A stretch of DNA of 59,842 nt, filler included, from Dugesia japonica (GCA_001938525.1; 6 parts of 6 records of this genome joined end to end with filler, not necessarily neighbours in it); one strand, 5' to 3'; positions 1 through 13,223 are shown, numbered from the whole stretch's first letter. Numbers and translations: made by a program. Notes: generated from the letters alone by a model not told the origin.

Positions 1-404
1 TTCATGCCTTTTTAGATTAAAGAAAATGGAGGAAAAAATGACTATTTAAGCCTTAATTAGATTTCATTTATATACAACCCCACCCCGTCTTCTAAACGCA
101 AAGTCTCTTAAACCATCCCCTCTCTCAGTCCGTACCTAATAGACGGATAGCTTCTAACGCACCTTGCTTGTTAATTGAAATAACAATATTTATTTCGATA
201 AAAACTTTTTTTCGAATTATNCAAAATACTAGTTACGAAATAACAGCATACAAATTTTGTATTATTAGTTTGTATTTTGTTAATTATTATTTTGTATTAT
301 TAGTATGAATTTTATGAAAAAATAAACAAATTAGTCGGATGTAAATGTAGTTAAATTTTATGCATAAATATTAATTATATGTATAAATAAAAATTATGTA
401 CAAT

Positions 405-408
405 AATG

Positions 409-445
<37 letters not shown>
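405..445. repeat. (AAT)n microsatellite
   Basis: Run of AAT units. Confidence 0.95.
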
Positions 446-446
<1 letters not shown>

Positions 447-478
447 TGAAATTATATAATCATTTAAACTTTGTAAAT

Positions 479-915
479 CAGTATTTCCCAACCTTTTTTG
501 TGCCATGATCCACCTAAGCTTTAAAAATTTTAAAATGCTTCCCACATAACATAAAAATTTTTAATTGTTCAATAAGTATCTTAAATGATGGACTTCAAGT
601 AGAAATAACAAGGAAGTTATTAAACAAAGAAGTTATCAATGAAACATAATATATTCAGGTATTCAAATCGAAATTATCAGAATGCATCTCGTCCACCTCA
701 AAATGTCATTCCATTGCTCTCATAAGCGGAGTCATTCGCTGTGAGATACTTAGTAAACATGGCGCGCAATATTGAAATTGCGGCCAAAGGTTATTTGCAC
801 TCCATACTGGATGTTTACTAAGATGACTTAGAGTAGAGTCCAAACTTTGCATTCTTTAAAAATTCATTTTTCAATTGCCCCCTGTGGGGCGTACACCACA
901 CATTGGGAAACACTT
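479..915. mobile_element. Non-autonomous hAT (Buster/Charlie-type) MITE
   Basis: TIRs CAGTATTTCCCAA (479-491) and TTGGGAAACACT(T) (903-915); 8-bp TSD TTGTAAAT at 471-478 and 916-923 with the central TA typical of Buster elements. A second copy of the right end (TTGGGAAACACTG + TTGTAAAT) lies at 1381-1401. Confidence 0.85.
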
Positions 916-941
916 TTGTAAATAGTTTGTTTTAATAGTCT

Positions 942-990
942 TTAATTGCCTGATGATGACGGTTATTCCGTCGAAATTGATCGCAACTAA
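942..990 (+). ncRNA. Minimal type-I hammerhead ribozyme (Penelope-like pLTR type)
   Basis: Stem I TTAATTGC/GCAACTAA (1 mismatch), CTGATGA core 950-956, extra U, stem II GACGG/CCGTC, GAAA 973-976, 2-bp stem III, AUC cleavage triplet 980-982, then AATAAA. The duplicate at 1421-1470 has a mutated stem I. Confidence 0.75.
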
Positions 991-1062
991 TAAATATTTT
1001 AAAAAATGGTGTNNNNNNNNNNNNNNNNNNNNNNNNNNNNNNNNNNNNNNNNNNNNNNNNNN

Positions 1063-1491
1063 ACATAAAAATTTTTAATTGTTCAATAAGTATCTTAAAT
1101 GATGGACTTCAAGTAGAAATAACAAGGAAGTTATTAAACAAAGAAGTTATCAATGAAACATAATATATTCAGGTATTCAAATCGAAATTATCAGAATGCA
1201 TCTCGTCCACCTCAAAATGTCATTCCATTGCTCTCATAAGCGGAGTCATTCGCTGTGAGATACTTAGTAAACATGGCGCGCAATATTGAAATTGCGGCCA
1301 AAGGTTATTTGCACTCCATACTGGATGTTTACTAAGATGACTTAGAGTAGAGTCCAAACTTTGCATTCTTTAAAAATACATTGGGAAACACTGTTGTAAA
1401 TAGTTTGTTTTAATATTCTTTAATTATCTGATGATGACGGTTATTCCGTCGAAATTGATCGCAACTAATAAATATTTTAAAAAATGGTGTT
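1063..1491. repeat. Near-identical second copy of ~549-1012 across a gap (probable haplotype/assembly overlap)
   Basis: The same sequence flanks both sides of N gap 1013-1062, differing by a ~40-bp indel and a few SNPs. Confidence 0.8.
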
Positions 1492-1573
1492 CAATTATTT
1501 ATTTAAAAAAAATACCATTAATAATAATAAAAATAATAATGATAATATTAATTAATAATAATAAAAATAATAC

Positions 1574-4500
1574 CTTTTAAAATTAAAAGTGAAATGGCTT
1601 CAGATGAATTAAAACAAATCAATGATTGTATCGCATCTTTGGATAATTTAGTAAATCTATCTTTGTAAAGTTTATTAGCTTTTAAACTACAAAACTGTTC
1701 GTAAATTATATTCGTAAATTCATTTCCTTTTATAATACAGCATTTCACCCAACATTGCCAAAGATTATTGTCTTCGTGAACCAACTCGATTAGTTCTATT
1801 ACTTTAGCAATAATTGTCATCTGAGCTGGAGAATCACAATCTTGTATTAAAGCATCAATAATGAAAATATTATTGGATTTCGAAATTTCTAATTTTTTAT
1901 TAAAAGGAATTTCCCAATGAGATATAACATTAAGAATTTGTGTGTTTAAGTCGAATTTACATGTCGATTTGTTGCGTCTGATTCTGTAAATTATTTCATT
2001 CAATAACCATTGAATAATGCTTGTTTTAAGCTCCAATTTTGAATCGGTTAATATAGTCGTTATGATATTCTCAACCGATTCCGAATCTAAATATTCATCG
2101 AATTCATCAAATATTTGATTGAGTTGATCTAAAACCGATTCTGTTGAAACGAATTTCGAAAACAATATATGTGAAATATAAGCAGCTAATACATCTTCAA
2201 TGATTAACGATTCTATATTTAATTCCCAGGTGAAAGTAAAGAAATTCTGATAGGAAACTCGAGATAGTAGCATTTCATTCATTAAACAGTCCCAATAATT
2301 TTCTGGCGGTAAATACTCCGCGAAACGGATTATTTCATCAGATATATTCTTCATTGACCGAAACTGATTTACAACTTTGTTTACGGAATTTTCAATATGA
2401 TCTAACCAAATTTCGATTTCCATATTAACTTTCGACCATTCATTCCCATCTGATTTACTTTTACATTTGGTATTAACATATTTTTGAGCAATTTTGAGTA
2501 CATTAATTTTTGTGGCGAGATCAATATACAGTTTTGATTTTTCAAATAAAGTTGAATAAATGAAGTCTTTACAGTTATTATAATCAGAAAATGAAAAATT
2601 ATCCAATGATTTATTAAATCTTTCTGTAAATTCGTCTCCTGTTAGAATTTCATTCGTCCATAAAGTTTGATTAGCTAAAACTCCACTGAAATCGTTTTTG
2701 ATTTTTATAAATTGTTCTGATAAATTGAATTCATTCATTAATTTACAACATGATTCCAAATTATCAACATTGATAACCGATTTTAATGCTTCAACTATTC
2801 TTTTTTCGGGTCCAATAATCAAGTGCAAATAACAACAATCTGTTGATTTCGAATAAATAGAATCGTATAATTCCATCAAAACGATATGATCTTTTATACT
2901 TTTATTAAACAATATAAATTCACAATTAATCGATTGAAATATGTTCAAAATTATTTTAAAATATTCCAAATGAAGTTCTTTATCGGAATTTACAAATTTC
3001 TCCAAATCTTCTCTCAAACTTTCCTGATCTGTCATCAAACAAGTCCAATCGAAAATCGATTGAAAAANAGCGTATTTTTTTTCAAAATTAATTTTCTCTA
3101 ATTTGCTGGTTTTACTTATAAATGATTTCAAATATTTTCCCAGTAGAATTTTACGATTGATTCCATACCGAGATCCCATTTGAAGAGCATATTTGAATGA
3201 TTCAACTGAATCCTCGTCGAGAAATTCACACAATTGAAGAATAATTTCTTCTCTGTAATCGACAGACGAGAAAAATCGCGAAACACAAATTCCTTGATTG
3301 AATTTCAATATTTGATCAAGAAAATAGTAGTCTTTAAATTCTTGTTCCATTGTTTTTAAAATCAATAATTCATTTTCAGATAGCATTTCCAATATCGAAG
3401 ATATATTAATTTGAAATAAATTGCCGAATTGAACTTGCGAAATGTATTTCGATATTAAATTGAATTTGATCATTGATAAAATTAAAGCTCTATTAAATAA
3501 ATTCGGAACGAAATCGTGACGGATATTATATATTAAATTTAGATCATCAATAAAAATCGAATGGATCAACGATAGATATGTGTCGGAATTGAGATGAAAT
3601 TTTAAAAGCTTCAAATGAATTTGATCAATTTCTGACTGTTTGTCAAATGTCGGTAATAAAGAAGACACGGTGAAAATTTTCATTAAAGAATTAAATTCAG
3701 GATTTTGTTTATTTGTGAATTCAAAAGTTCCTTTGTTTTGATAAATTAAATTAAAAGTCATTTGACACAATTCTTTATTGCTGATGTTTCGATAAAATTC
3801 GTGTATATTTCCTTGTCCGCCTAATTGAATTACTTGATTAGATATTTTCATTAATGTATCAGACGATTTGTCAATCAAAGATTTCAATGATAATTTCGAT
3901 GATATGTCAGTTAAATTAGAAGAAAGAAATTTTATTGGTTGTTTCATGAGAGTACTATTAGTGTTACTATCGGATATTAAAGGAGCATCGACATTGTTAG
4001 AACTATCTAACAAATTAGAGGATTCCAGTTCTAATTGTTTTATCAATTTAATTATATTTCTCAACTCTGATTTTGGACAATAAGTTAAAGCAAATTTACC
4101 TAAATCGTGTTTCTTTTCAAATGGAAACTCTGGACATTTTATACATTTGATACATTCTTTCCAACACGGTTTGTGATTCCGATGAATCAAAGATGCAATT
4201 ACAATTTCAAGAATTTCCATATCATTGTTTATCAAAGCTTTATCTCCAACTAAACGTAAAGCTTCGCCTTCATTAAATTTTTTATTGGTTTTTTTATCTG
4301 AACATAAAAATCCAACCGCTTCTACAATTTCTTCAAGATTTCTATACAAACTTTTATTGTTTTCTAAACAGTTTTTCAATAATTCGAATCTATCTGTCAC
4401 AGATCTTACTTCAATCGGAACACGAGAACAATTATATTTTTCGAGAAATTCACAACATTTTATTAAATTCAATTCATTTTCTATTTCTTCATTGTAATCA

Positions 4501-7500
4501 TGTAGAAGATTGAAACAATATTTTGCTAATTGAAAATTACTATCTTTACATGATGTACTGGTGTTTATATAATTTTGTCCGGCTGTACAAATACAAATAG
4601 TCGCTTCATTAAAATCCAAAAGCTTATCTTCAGAATTCACATCGTTTATCGTCGATAATTTCCTGGTCATATCCATAAATTCACTTGCTAAATTGATTTT
4701 TTTCTTATCACCTGATTCCAAAAGAGATTTTAAAAGATTTTTATAAATTAATTTCGGATGAATACTTTTGAAAACGATTGACATAGATATTTGAATTTCA
4801 ATAAATACTGATTTAACAGTAGTTTTATTAAGATTTTTTACTGATTTCAAATATTGAAACACCATATTAGTAATGAGATTTTCCACAACTTCTCCATTCA
4901 TTTTGTTGGTGTCGATAAATTTTATTGTTTTATGTAATCCGTACTTTTCCATCATTCGTAAAACTGAAATATAATTATTGATATCTTGTAATCGTTTTTC
5001 TTCACTAATATATTGATCTGGATTTGAAAAAGATTTTACTGAAATTAATGATCCCAAAAGTCGAGAAATTTTTCCACATTCATTAATATTAGAAATTTCA
5101 TCATCATTCAACAAAATATTCAAATATGTCTGAATAAATTTTTCAAAATCAATAATAATTAATAATGCATTTAAACAATCTTTATCTTCGAGAATTTTTC
5201 TAGTACAAATCAAATAATTACAACCGAGATATTGCAAATAAATTTCAAAGAATTCCAAAGATTTTATTGTTGATTTTGTATGTATTTCTTTTAAAAACGG
5301 AATAATCCAACGATCAAAATGAATTAGAAATCTATCATTGTCGGTTTTTGACATTAGTAATTTTGCTTTTTCGAAATAAGACAATGATATAAATTCCGAT
5401 AAACTAAGAAATGTATTTACAATTTGACAATTATATATTGCTTCACAAAGAAAACGTAAATTAAATTCCAGATCTTCGTCGATTGTGATATTGTCGAAAG
5501 ATTTGATAAAATTCAGAAATTCAAATGCATATTCAGCATTGAGAGTTTTCTCTTCGATATTTCTTATTCGCATATTCGACCATTTTGTAAATATTGATTG
5601 GCAACTTATATCATTATTAACATCCAATCGTAAATCTCTCAATTCTGGATGATTTTGATAATAAATTTCATAAGTTTCATTCTCAAATGAAATCGAATTA
5701 GAAATTAATTGAAAATTTTCCATTTCACACCAATCTAATGGTTTTATTATAGAAGATTCAGAATTGGTTTTATTTTCAAGTTTTATATTTTTTTTCATTT
5801 CAAACATTGGTAAATAATCGAATAAATTCATATAAGTTTTAGGTTCCAAACATTCGGGAATATTAGAGAGAATAACGAGAATATGCTCTTTTAAATTCGA
5901 TTTGAAGAATTTCAATAAAATTTCCAACTCTATAATATTTCCGGAATTTGCAAATTTTATTGCCAATTCAAAAGGACTGAGATTCTTGAATTCCTGGAAC
6001 AGTTGCCATTGAAAAGATGAATTTGTAGATTGAATAATGTTTTCATATAAACACAATTTATCACAATAACTCAATAATTTCAATCTCATTCTCACTAATT
6101 CGATTTGAACTAGATTTAATTCGAGAACATTAACGATTTTCGCTTTTTCAATACATTCTTCTTTTACTTGTTCACGTTGAGAAAATTTACGATTGAAATT
6201 TTTATCGATTTCAATACTGAGATTTTCAAAAAGATTTTGAGTAATTGCACAATTTTCCAATTCTGTAAATCTCGTTAATTCCAATCCGAGTTTCAATAAA
6301 TACTTCATCGATTCGATATTGCTGGGAATTCTTTCAATACATTCATTTAAAATCCAATTTCTTTTGTTAATTCTAATTAATATATTTTCAATATCTTCTA
6401 TTGATTTATCGGAATCACGCCATTGTTTTTGAAATACAATATCAGAATCTAAATTATATTTGTCAGCTAATTCGAGAGCTTCAGAATATTGCTTCTTTTT
6501 TATTTGAATTTCAAATAATTCTTCAGGGGTAGTTAATTTGAAACAACTTAACTGGAAATTCAATGAACACATTTCTAGATTCTTTCTGAAAAGATTCGAC
6601 GAATTATCTGGAACTAAAAATTTCAAAATATTTCCAAAAGATCTCCAAATTTTCAATGGAAATGATTCAACGATTGAAATATTATTATTATTATTATGTT
6701 TCATATTTAATTCTTTATTTGTATATTTTGAGGTACAATTAAGAGAAAAAAACGATTTTTCTGTGCTTTCTTGTATTTGTGGAAATGGATTGAGATAGAT
6801 ATTTCCACTATTTGACTGATCGGTATTTAAAATCAGAATTCTTCCATTTTGTAAACCGATCACAACATGTTCGTTGTTCCACCAGCATATTTCATGTATT
6901 GAAGAATCTGGAAAATTTTCTGGCATTATTTTATGACTGATAAAATCAGATGTTAGAATATGATTTGTCAAATCAGCCGAAGAACTCCATTTAATTAGAA
7001 TTTTCATTGAAGGATATTGCCAAACGGTCAAAATACCAGAAAGATGAATTGCAGCTAGTTTTTTATCGTCTTTCGATATACGAATTACATGCACCCCATC
7101 AACTGAGTTCTTTCGAAATAATGTAGAAATCCATGTTTTTCGTAAGTAGATTTCATTTTTAGGAACATTACTAGCAATAAACGGTTCCTCGTCGATAAAT
7201 CGACAAGAAACAAGACCATTTTTACATGCTTCGTTAGAATTAGACTGATTATAAGTTCCCAACACAAGTAAATTTCTATTTAAAGATACTTCACAACACA
7301 AAATAGGAGTTGAGAAGAAATCACAAAAAGATTCTGAATGACTTATTATTTTTAAATTNTCAATAACATATATTAAAATTCTTCCTTTAAGTGATATTAT
7401 ATACACTTTTATTCTATTTTTTCCAATATTTGTAATTATTAACCTAATAACTGGATCAAAGTCATTTAATCTAGAATATTTAAACACTAGACGTGATCCA

Positions 7501-7913
7501 TTAACATCCCAAATATTACACATTCCATTTGAAAATGAAACACCAAAATAGTTTGATAGATTAGACCATGAAATACAGCGCCATTGAGGATAAATATCTC
7601 GGTAAATTTGACAATGAAAATTTATATGATTAAAATCAAATTTAGAGGAGCGCAACTCAACGTTATTATTCTTCAAAATAACTATCATTGAACCATCTGG
7701 CGATAATTCTATTTTCCAAGGGTATTTATTCGAAGTTTTATAAGAAAATTGTTTAAGTAATTTGTCATTTGCTAGAAACTTTCTAATAAATAAATTGTGC
7801 TGATAATGTTCAATAGGTGGTTCTAAACAGTTAATAATACAATCAATGGGGAACAATGTATTCCACTGTGTTAAATCAGTTTGATAAAATAGAGCTTGTT
7901 GATCAAACGACAT
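1574..7913 (-). CDS. NBAS: Neuroblastoma-amplified sequence (NBAS/NAG, Sec39 family, NRZ tether); one giant exon, 3' exon(s) outside window
   Basis: N-terminal beta-propeller motifs (D-YPQWR-I-WS, LAAIHLSGIL-VW-YPS, WWN), 'TTPEELF...Y-EAL-LA--Y-LD-D-V-Q-QW', 'W-L-EC-ERIP', 'IL--IPE---P--Y'. The ORF tail reads through a likely donor AAAG|GTATT at 1574/1573. Confidence 0.92.
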
Positions 7914-8319
7914 CTAAAATGACAACAAATATTGAAATCAATTCACCTAAGTTATGATTAAAAATAAAATATTGTTGTTGTTATGAAATAGTTATTACAA
8001 AACCTGGTAATACAATATATTTATTGAAATTTAATTTTAAAAAAATAATTACAACGAAATAAAATTTGAAATTTAACTGTTAAATAAAATAATTGGAATG
8101 TTTAAACAAATTTATATGAATATTTTTATATTTATTCTATTATTTATTTTATTTTTATTTTAATACCATACTATATTTGCAAGAAATATGTCGTTATCAT
8201 CAATTACCGAGATAATTTATTCTAGTTACATTAATGATTTTATTATTATGTTTATAATCATAACTAATAGTTTATTCTGACATAGTTTTCTAATAAAATT
8301 TGAAAACAAATATGTAAAA

Positions 8320-9004
8320 TATGTGAAAATGTGAAATCAGTTGAGTGGATTGACCACCTCTTGACAATAATGAAAATCGAATAGGAACAGGGTGAATAGA
8401 ATCAGCAGTGCGGATTATCCAATTTCTGGTATTAAATAAAAGAAAACGTAGATAATTGAAATAGAATCAGTGTAGTGAAATAACTTATTCCATGTTATCA
8501 GCAGTGGAATTGAGAATTAAATTGAGAGGAAATACGAGATGTTGAATAACCTGTGGTAGCAAGACGATGGAACAACAGATTTCAAATATATAAATGAGTT
8601 GTTATCAGATTGTGTGCTGGATCTCAAATCATTACGTTTTAAATCGACTGAGAATGAAATAACCAATTATAAGCACGTCCCATAATCTTCTAGCACAGAA
8701 AATTGAGAGTGAACGACGAGAAAATTTAGAGTAGAAATAGCAAGGATTTTAGAGACAAGGGAAAGCAACGAATAAGATGATCACGCTGTTACTTGGAGAT
8801 GAGAATGGAAAAAGAAAATAGAGTTAACGATACCTCAGGCAGTAGTGTGGCACCTGAGAACAAAGCACCGAAGACGTAAAAATCTACAGTTTGTGGGTAT
8901 TGCGAAAATAGGTGTTTTATGTTAAAACATTGTTTCAATTGTCTAGAGAGGGGACACTTTAGGAAGAACTGTCGATCTGAGAATAAACCAACTTCTATGA
9001 TCAC
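8320..9004 (+). mobile_element. Decayed LTR-retrotransposon (gypsy-like) gag fragment
   Basis: CCHC knuckle CFNCLERGHFRKNC at ~8931-8972; frameshifted/stopped upstream; cut by scaffold end. Confidence 0.6.
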
Positions 9005-9104
9005 NNNNNNNNNNNNNNNNNNNNNNNNNNNNNNNNNNNNNNNNNNNNTTAATTAATTAANNNNNNNNNNNNNNNNNNNNNNNNNNNNNNNNNNNNNNNN
9101 NNNN
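9005..9104. other. Artificial scaffold linker (N44-TTAATTAATTAA-N44)
   Basis: Identical 100-nt linker also at 19476-19575, 28602-28701, 40402-40501 and 50919-51018; the 12-mer has stops in all frames. Confidence 0.97.
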
Positions 9105-9288
9105 ACTCAGGAAAATTTCAAAAAAAAGCCTCTCAGGAAAATCTGGCATGTTATATAAAAACACAGGAAATGTCACATGCAAACCGCCTATGTCCTATGG
9201 AAAATGTAATTTTTTATAATTAATCCTCTTAAATAAAAAAATATCCTCTTTTTTACTCTTCTGATTAAAAAAATTCTATATAAAAAAG

Positions 9289-12200
9289 ATGACTACTCAA
9301 ATATTTAAATGTCATAATTGTGATAGAAAACCATTTGGAAATAAAGCGGGATTAAATTCACATCTCGCATCTCGAACTTGTTTTAGTGATGGAACATTTA
9401 AATGTGAAAAATGTAATAAAATATTTAAAAGAGAAAGTGATTTAAAGTCACATTTAAATTCGTCAAAATGTGGAAACAATAAAATTTTCCCATTATTTTG
9501 TGAAATCTGCAATCTAAAATTTTTAAAACAAAATCATGCTCGAACACATTTTAATTCTTTAAGTCATATAGGAAAAGTTAATAAATTAAATTTTAATGAA
9601 TTACCAGGCGAAGAAGCAATTGATTATTCAGTTGAAATTAGAGAGATACTAAGAATGTATAAGCATTATGAAATAACTTATTTTTTAGAATCTAAAGTGG
9701 AAATGTTTTATGATCTTGAGTATTATCCTTTACTAATTAGAGATATTTTTTGGTTCAAAAAAGAAATAAGAGAAATTGTTATAAAATATTATAAATGTGT
9801 AAAACACGCAATTATAAGTATGATAGTAACATGTAAATATTCAAGAGATGGCATCGAAAAAGAGTTTAAATCATATTCAATTAATAAATTAATCACAGTT
9901 AAATCCGAAATTAATACTTCTGTCAATGAAATGTTTAAAGATTTAGATGGATATATTGAAGATAAAGATCTTGAAGGCTCGGGTTGGTCAATGTTGTATA
10001 TTGTTAGCTACACACTATATTTAAATAAATTTCAATCAAAAGCCGGTTCAACATATATTAAATTACCATTTATAATGAACGGCGTAATTAACATAGAGAA
10101 TAAAGATAATAAATGCTTCTTATATTCAGTTCTAGCACATAAACATATTCTTGATAATCCAACACGTGTTTCTAATTACATTCCATATTTAGAAGAATTA
10201 AATTCAAATTTTGAATTTCCAATGAAAATTGATGATATTCCTAAATTTGAGAAATTAAATGATTATAAAATTAATGTTTTCGGTGTAAACGCCAACAAGA
10301 CCCTTGAACCTTTATACATTTCACATCATTTATCAAAACCTTCAACAGAAGAAAATATATGCAATCTTTTATTATATAAAGATCATTATGTTCTATCTCG
10401 AGATTTAACTGTATTTTTCACAAGAAATGGAAATAAAAATTATCCATGCATACGATGTATGAATTGTTATTCCTCTGAAGAACTCTTGATAAAACATCAA
10501 GAAGCCTGTATTAATCATAGACCAAATAACATTGTATTTGAATATAAAGATTATTATTTCTTTAATAAATTTTACATGAAAAATAAAATACCTTTCATAT
10601 TAATTGGTGATTTTGAAGCATATACAAATTCAAATAAAAAACAAAAAGCATTAAGTCTTGGAATTTATCTTCACAGTGAACATCAAGATCTTCTGAAATC
10701 TGAATATTATCAATTCTCAGGCGAAAACATTTATGATGAATTCTTTAACTTTTTAAAAAAGATTTCTAAGACAACAAAATATTTAATAAAAAATAAATTA
10801 AAAGAATTCACAGGAGAAGCTCCTGTATTCGAAGATCAAAAATGTTATTATTGCGATAAAAAAATATTTGAAGAACCAGTTATAGATCACAATCATTTCA
10901 CAGGAAAATTCCGAGGATATTCCCATAAAAAATGTAATTTATATGATTTTAGTACTAAGAATTTATTCACCCCATTTTACTTTCACAACGCGCGGGGCTA
11001 TGATAATCATTTATTTTTCCGAGAACTAATAACAAAATTCCCTAGCAAAATAAAAAATATAATTCCACATTCCTCTGATAATTATATTTCATTTCAATTT
11101 CAAAATATTAAATTCTTAGATTCTGCCAGCCTTCTCCCACTTGTAACAGTTGAAAAAATGGGCGAATTATTAACATCTTGTGATAAATATCCAATTCTAA
11201 AATCTTATAATCTTAAACCGAAAAAAATCTCGTTTCCATATGATTATGTAAAAGGCAACACTATACAAGAAGTTGAAACATTATTAAAATCAACAAAAAC
11301 ACCAACTAGAAAAGATTTCTTTAATACATTAACCCAAAAAGAAATATCAGATGAAGACTATCAAATATTTTTAGAAGACTATAACGAACATGGAAATCTA
11401 TGGGAATACATGCTACACTATATGAAACTTGATGTTCTAATTCTTACAGATTTCCTTGAAAACTTTCGAAATTCGTGTTTAAATAATATTTTAAAATTAG
11501 ATCCATGTTATTCATATTCTGCACCCGGATATGCATGGGAAACTGGAATGTTAAATGCAAATATTACTCTTGTATATGCCAAATCTTTTACCTATGATAT
11601 TTTCTTAACAACTGAAGAAGGAATCCGAGGCGGTTTCTCAGGTGTCTTGGGTGAACGGCAAGTCTTTTCACATGATAATACTAAAGAACCCCATGGAAGA
11701 AGATTAAATCAATCACAAGCAGATGATATTATAAAAATGATGAATTCGGGCCAAGAAATTGATGTTGATGATATAATGGAAGATAGATTTATAAAATATA
11801 TTGATGAAAATTCATTATATGCAAGTTGTATGACAAGACCACTTCCAACAGGAGAAATGTGGGAAAGTTATGATTTAAAATACGAAAATGCAACAGATAC
11901 TATGAATTTTATATATGAAGTTGATCTCGAATACCCAAAAGAAATACATGATAAAACTAAATATTTTCCATTATGCCCCGAAAAATTAAATATTACAGAA
12001 GATATGTTAAGTCCTTATCAAAAATCATTTAAGAAGAAAATATCAAAAGATAATATTAAACTCACATTAAATCAATTCGACAAGAAAAATTATATCGTAC
12101 TAGGCTCAACTTTAGATCTATATTTAAAACTTGGTATGAAACTAGTAAAAGTTCACAAGAAAATTATGATGCCGGTTTCTAGATGGTTTAAAAATTATGT

Positions 12201-13223
12201 TCATAAATTAGTAAAATTAAGAAAAGAAGCAAAAAGTAAGGATGATGTCTTTGGAGATTATCTTTATAAAATAATGTTAAATGCATTTTATGGTAAGACA
12301 CTCGAAAATATTAGAAATAGATGTAATATTAAAGTTGTTTCTACTAACGAAGATTATCAAAGACATGCATCCAAACCAACATTTAAATCATCTAAAATCT
12401 TCTGTATAAATAAAACAAATGTGGCCCCAGCAGAAATTGAAATTCCTTGTATAAAGAATTCAAAAGTAATCCCATTTAAAAAAAAATCTTTTATACAAAT
12501 GAACCAAGAGTAAAATCTGAAATTTATTCTTTCAATTCAAATGAAGCCACAGTTGCGGCAATGCAAATGCAGCAAGGAAGACTAAAATATAATAAATTTC
12601 CATATATAGGATTCACAGTTCTAGAACATGCAAAACAAGTAATGTATAATTTTATTTATAATCAAATGCAGCCGTTAATTGGTGAAGATAATTATAAAAT
12701 TCATTATACAGATACGGACTGCATCTTTGTTGAAATTAAAAATAGAGATAATTTAATAAAATTAGAAAGCCTACTTGGAGATGATTTATTTCAAATGAAA
12801 GATGAAATGAAAAAAGAAATAAAAAAAGAAATAAAAAAAGAAACGGTTACTTATGAAATAACACAAGGTGATTTTATAAAAGCAAAATCTTATGCATATT
12901 CTTATAACACCCCCCAAGGAGAAGGATATGATTCAAAAAATAAAGGTGTCAAGAAAAATAATAAATTATTAATGTCAGATTTCGATTCAGTATTAAAAGA
13001 TCCAAAGAAAAAAATCTATGGAACAAATTATTCATTAAAATCGGAAAATCATGAAATTGAATTAACTTCTCAAGAGAAAATAGCATTAATGGCCTATGAT
13101 GATAAAAGAATTATAGAAGATAATGGAATAATAACATGGCCACATGGAAATCAATTTTATTGTGAAAAATGCTTAAAATGGCATTTAAGATTGGATTTAA
13201 TAAATCATAATTTAAATTGTTAA
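9289..13223 (+). CDS. Protein-primed family B DNA polymerase (pPolB) with N-terminal Zn fingers, TP and vOTU-like domains and an Endo VII-like insert; -1 frameshift at 12478-12486
   Basis: GSGW (TP region), KCFLYSV...HYV (vOTU-like), ExoI DFE, DHNHFTGKFRG..H..CN (Endo VII-like), ExoII HNARGYD, ExoIII YMKLDV, motif A DENSLY, motif B KIMLNAFYGK in ORF 9289-12513; motif C YTDTD, KSY, KGV, DDKR in ORF 12561-13223. The -1 frame is open from the A9 run into the second ORF. Confidence 0.93.

Noticed and set aside
2886-7267. Small ORFs overlapping NBAS, and antisense ORFs within the viral genes
   Set aside because: Shadow ORFs of long AT-rich coding regions, mostly with non-ATG starts and no motifs.
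9049-9060. Recurring TTAATTAATTAA palindrome every ~10 kb as a biological repeat
   Set aside because: Always centred in 44+44 Ns; a concatenation spacer.
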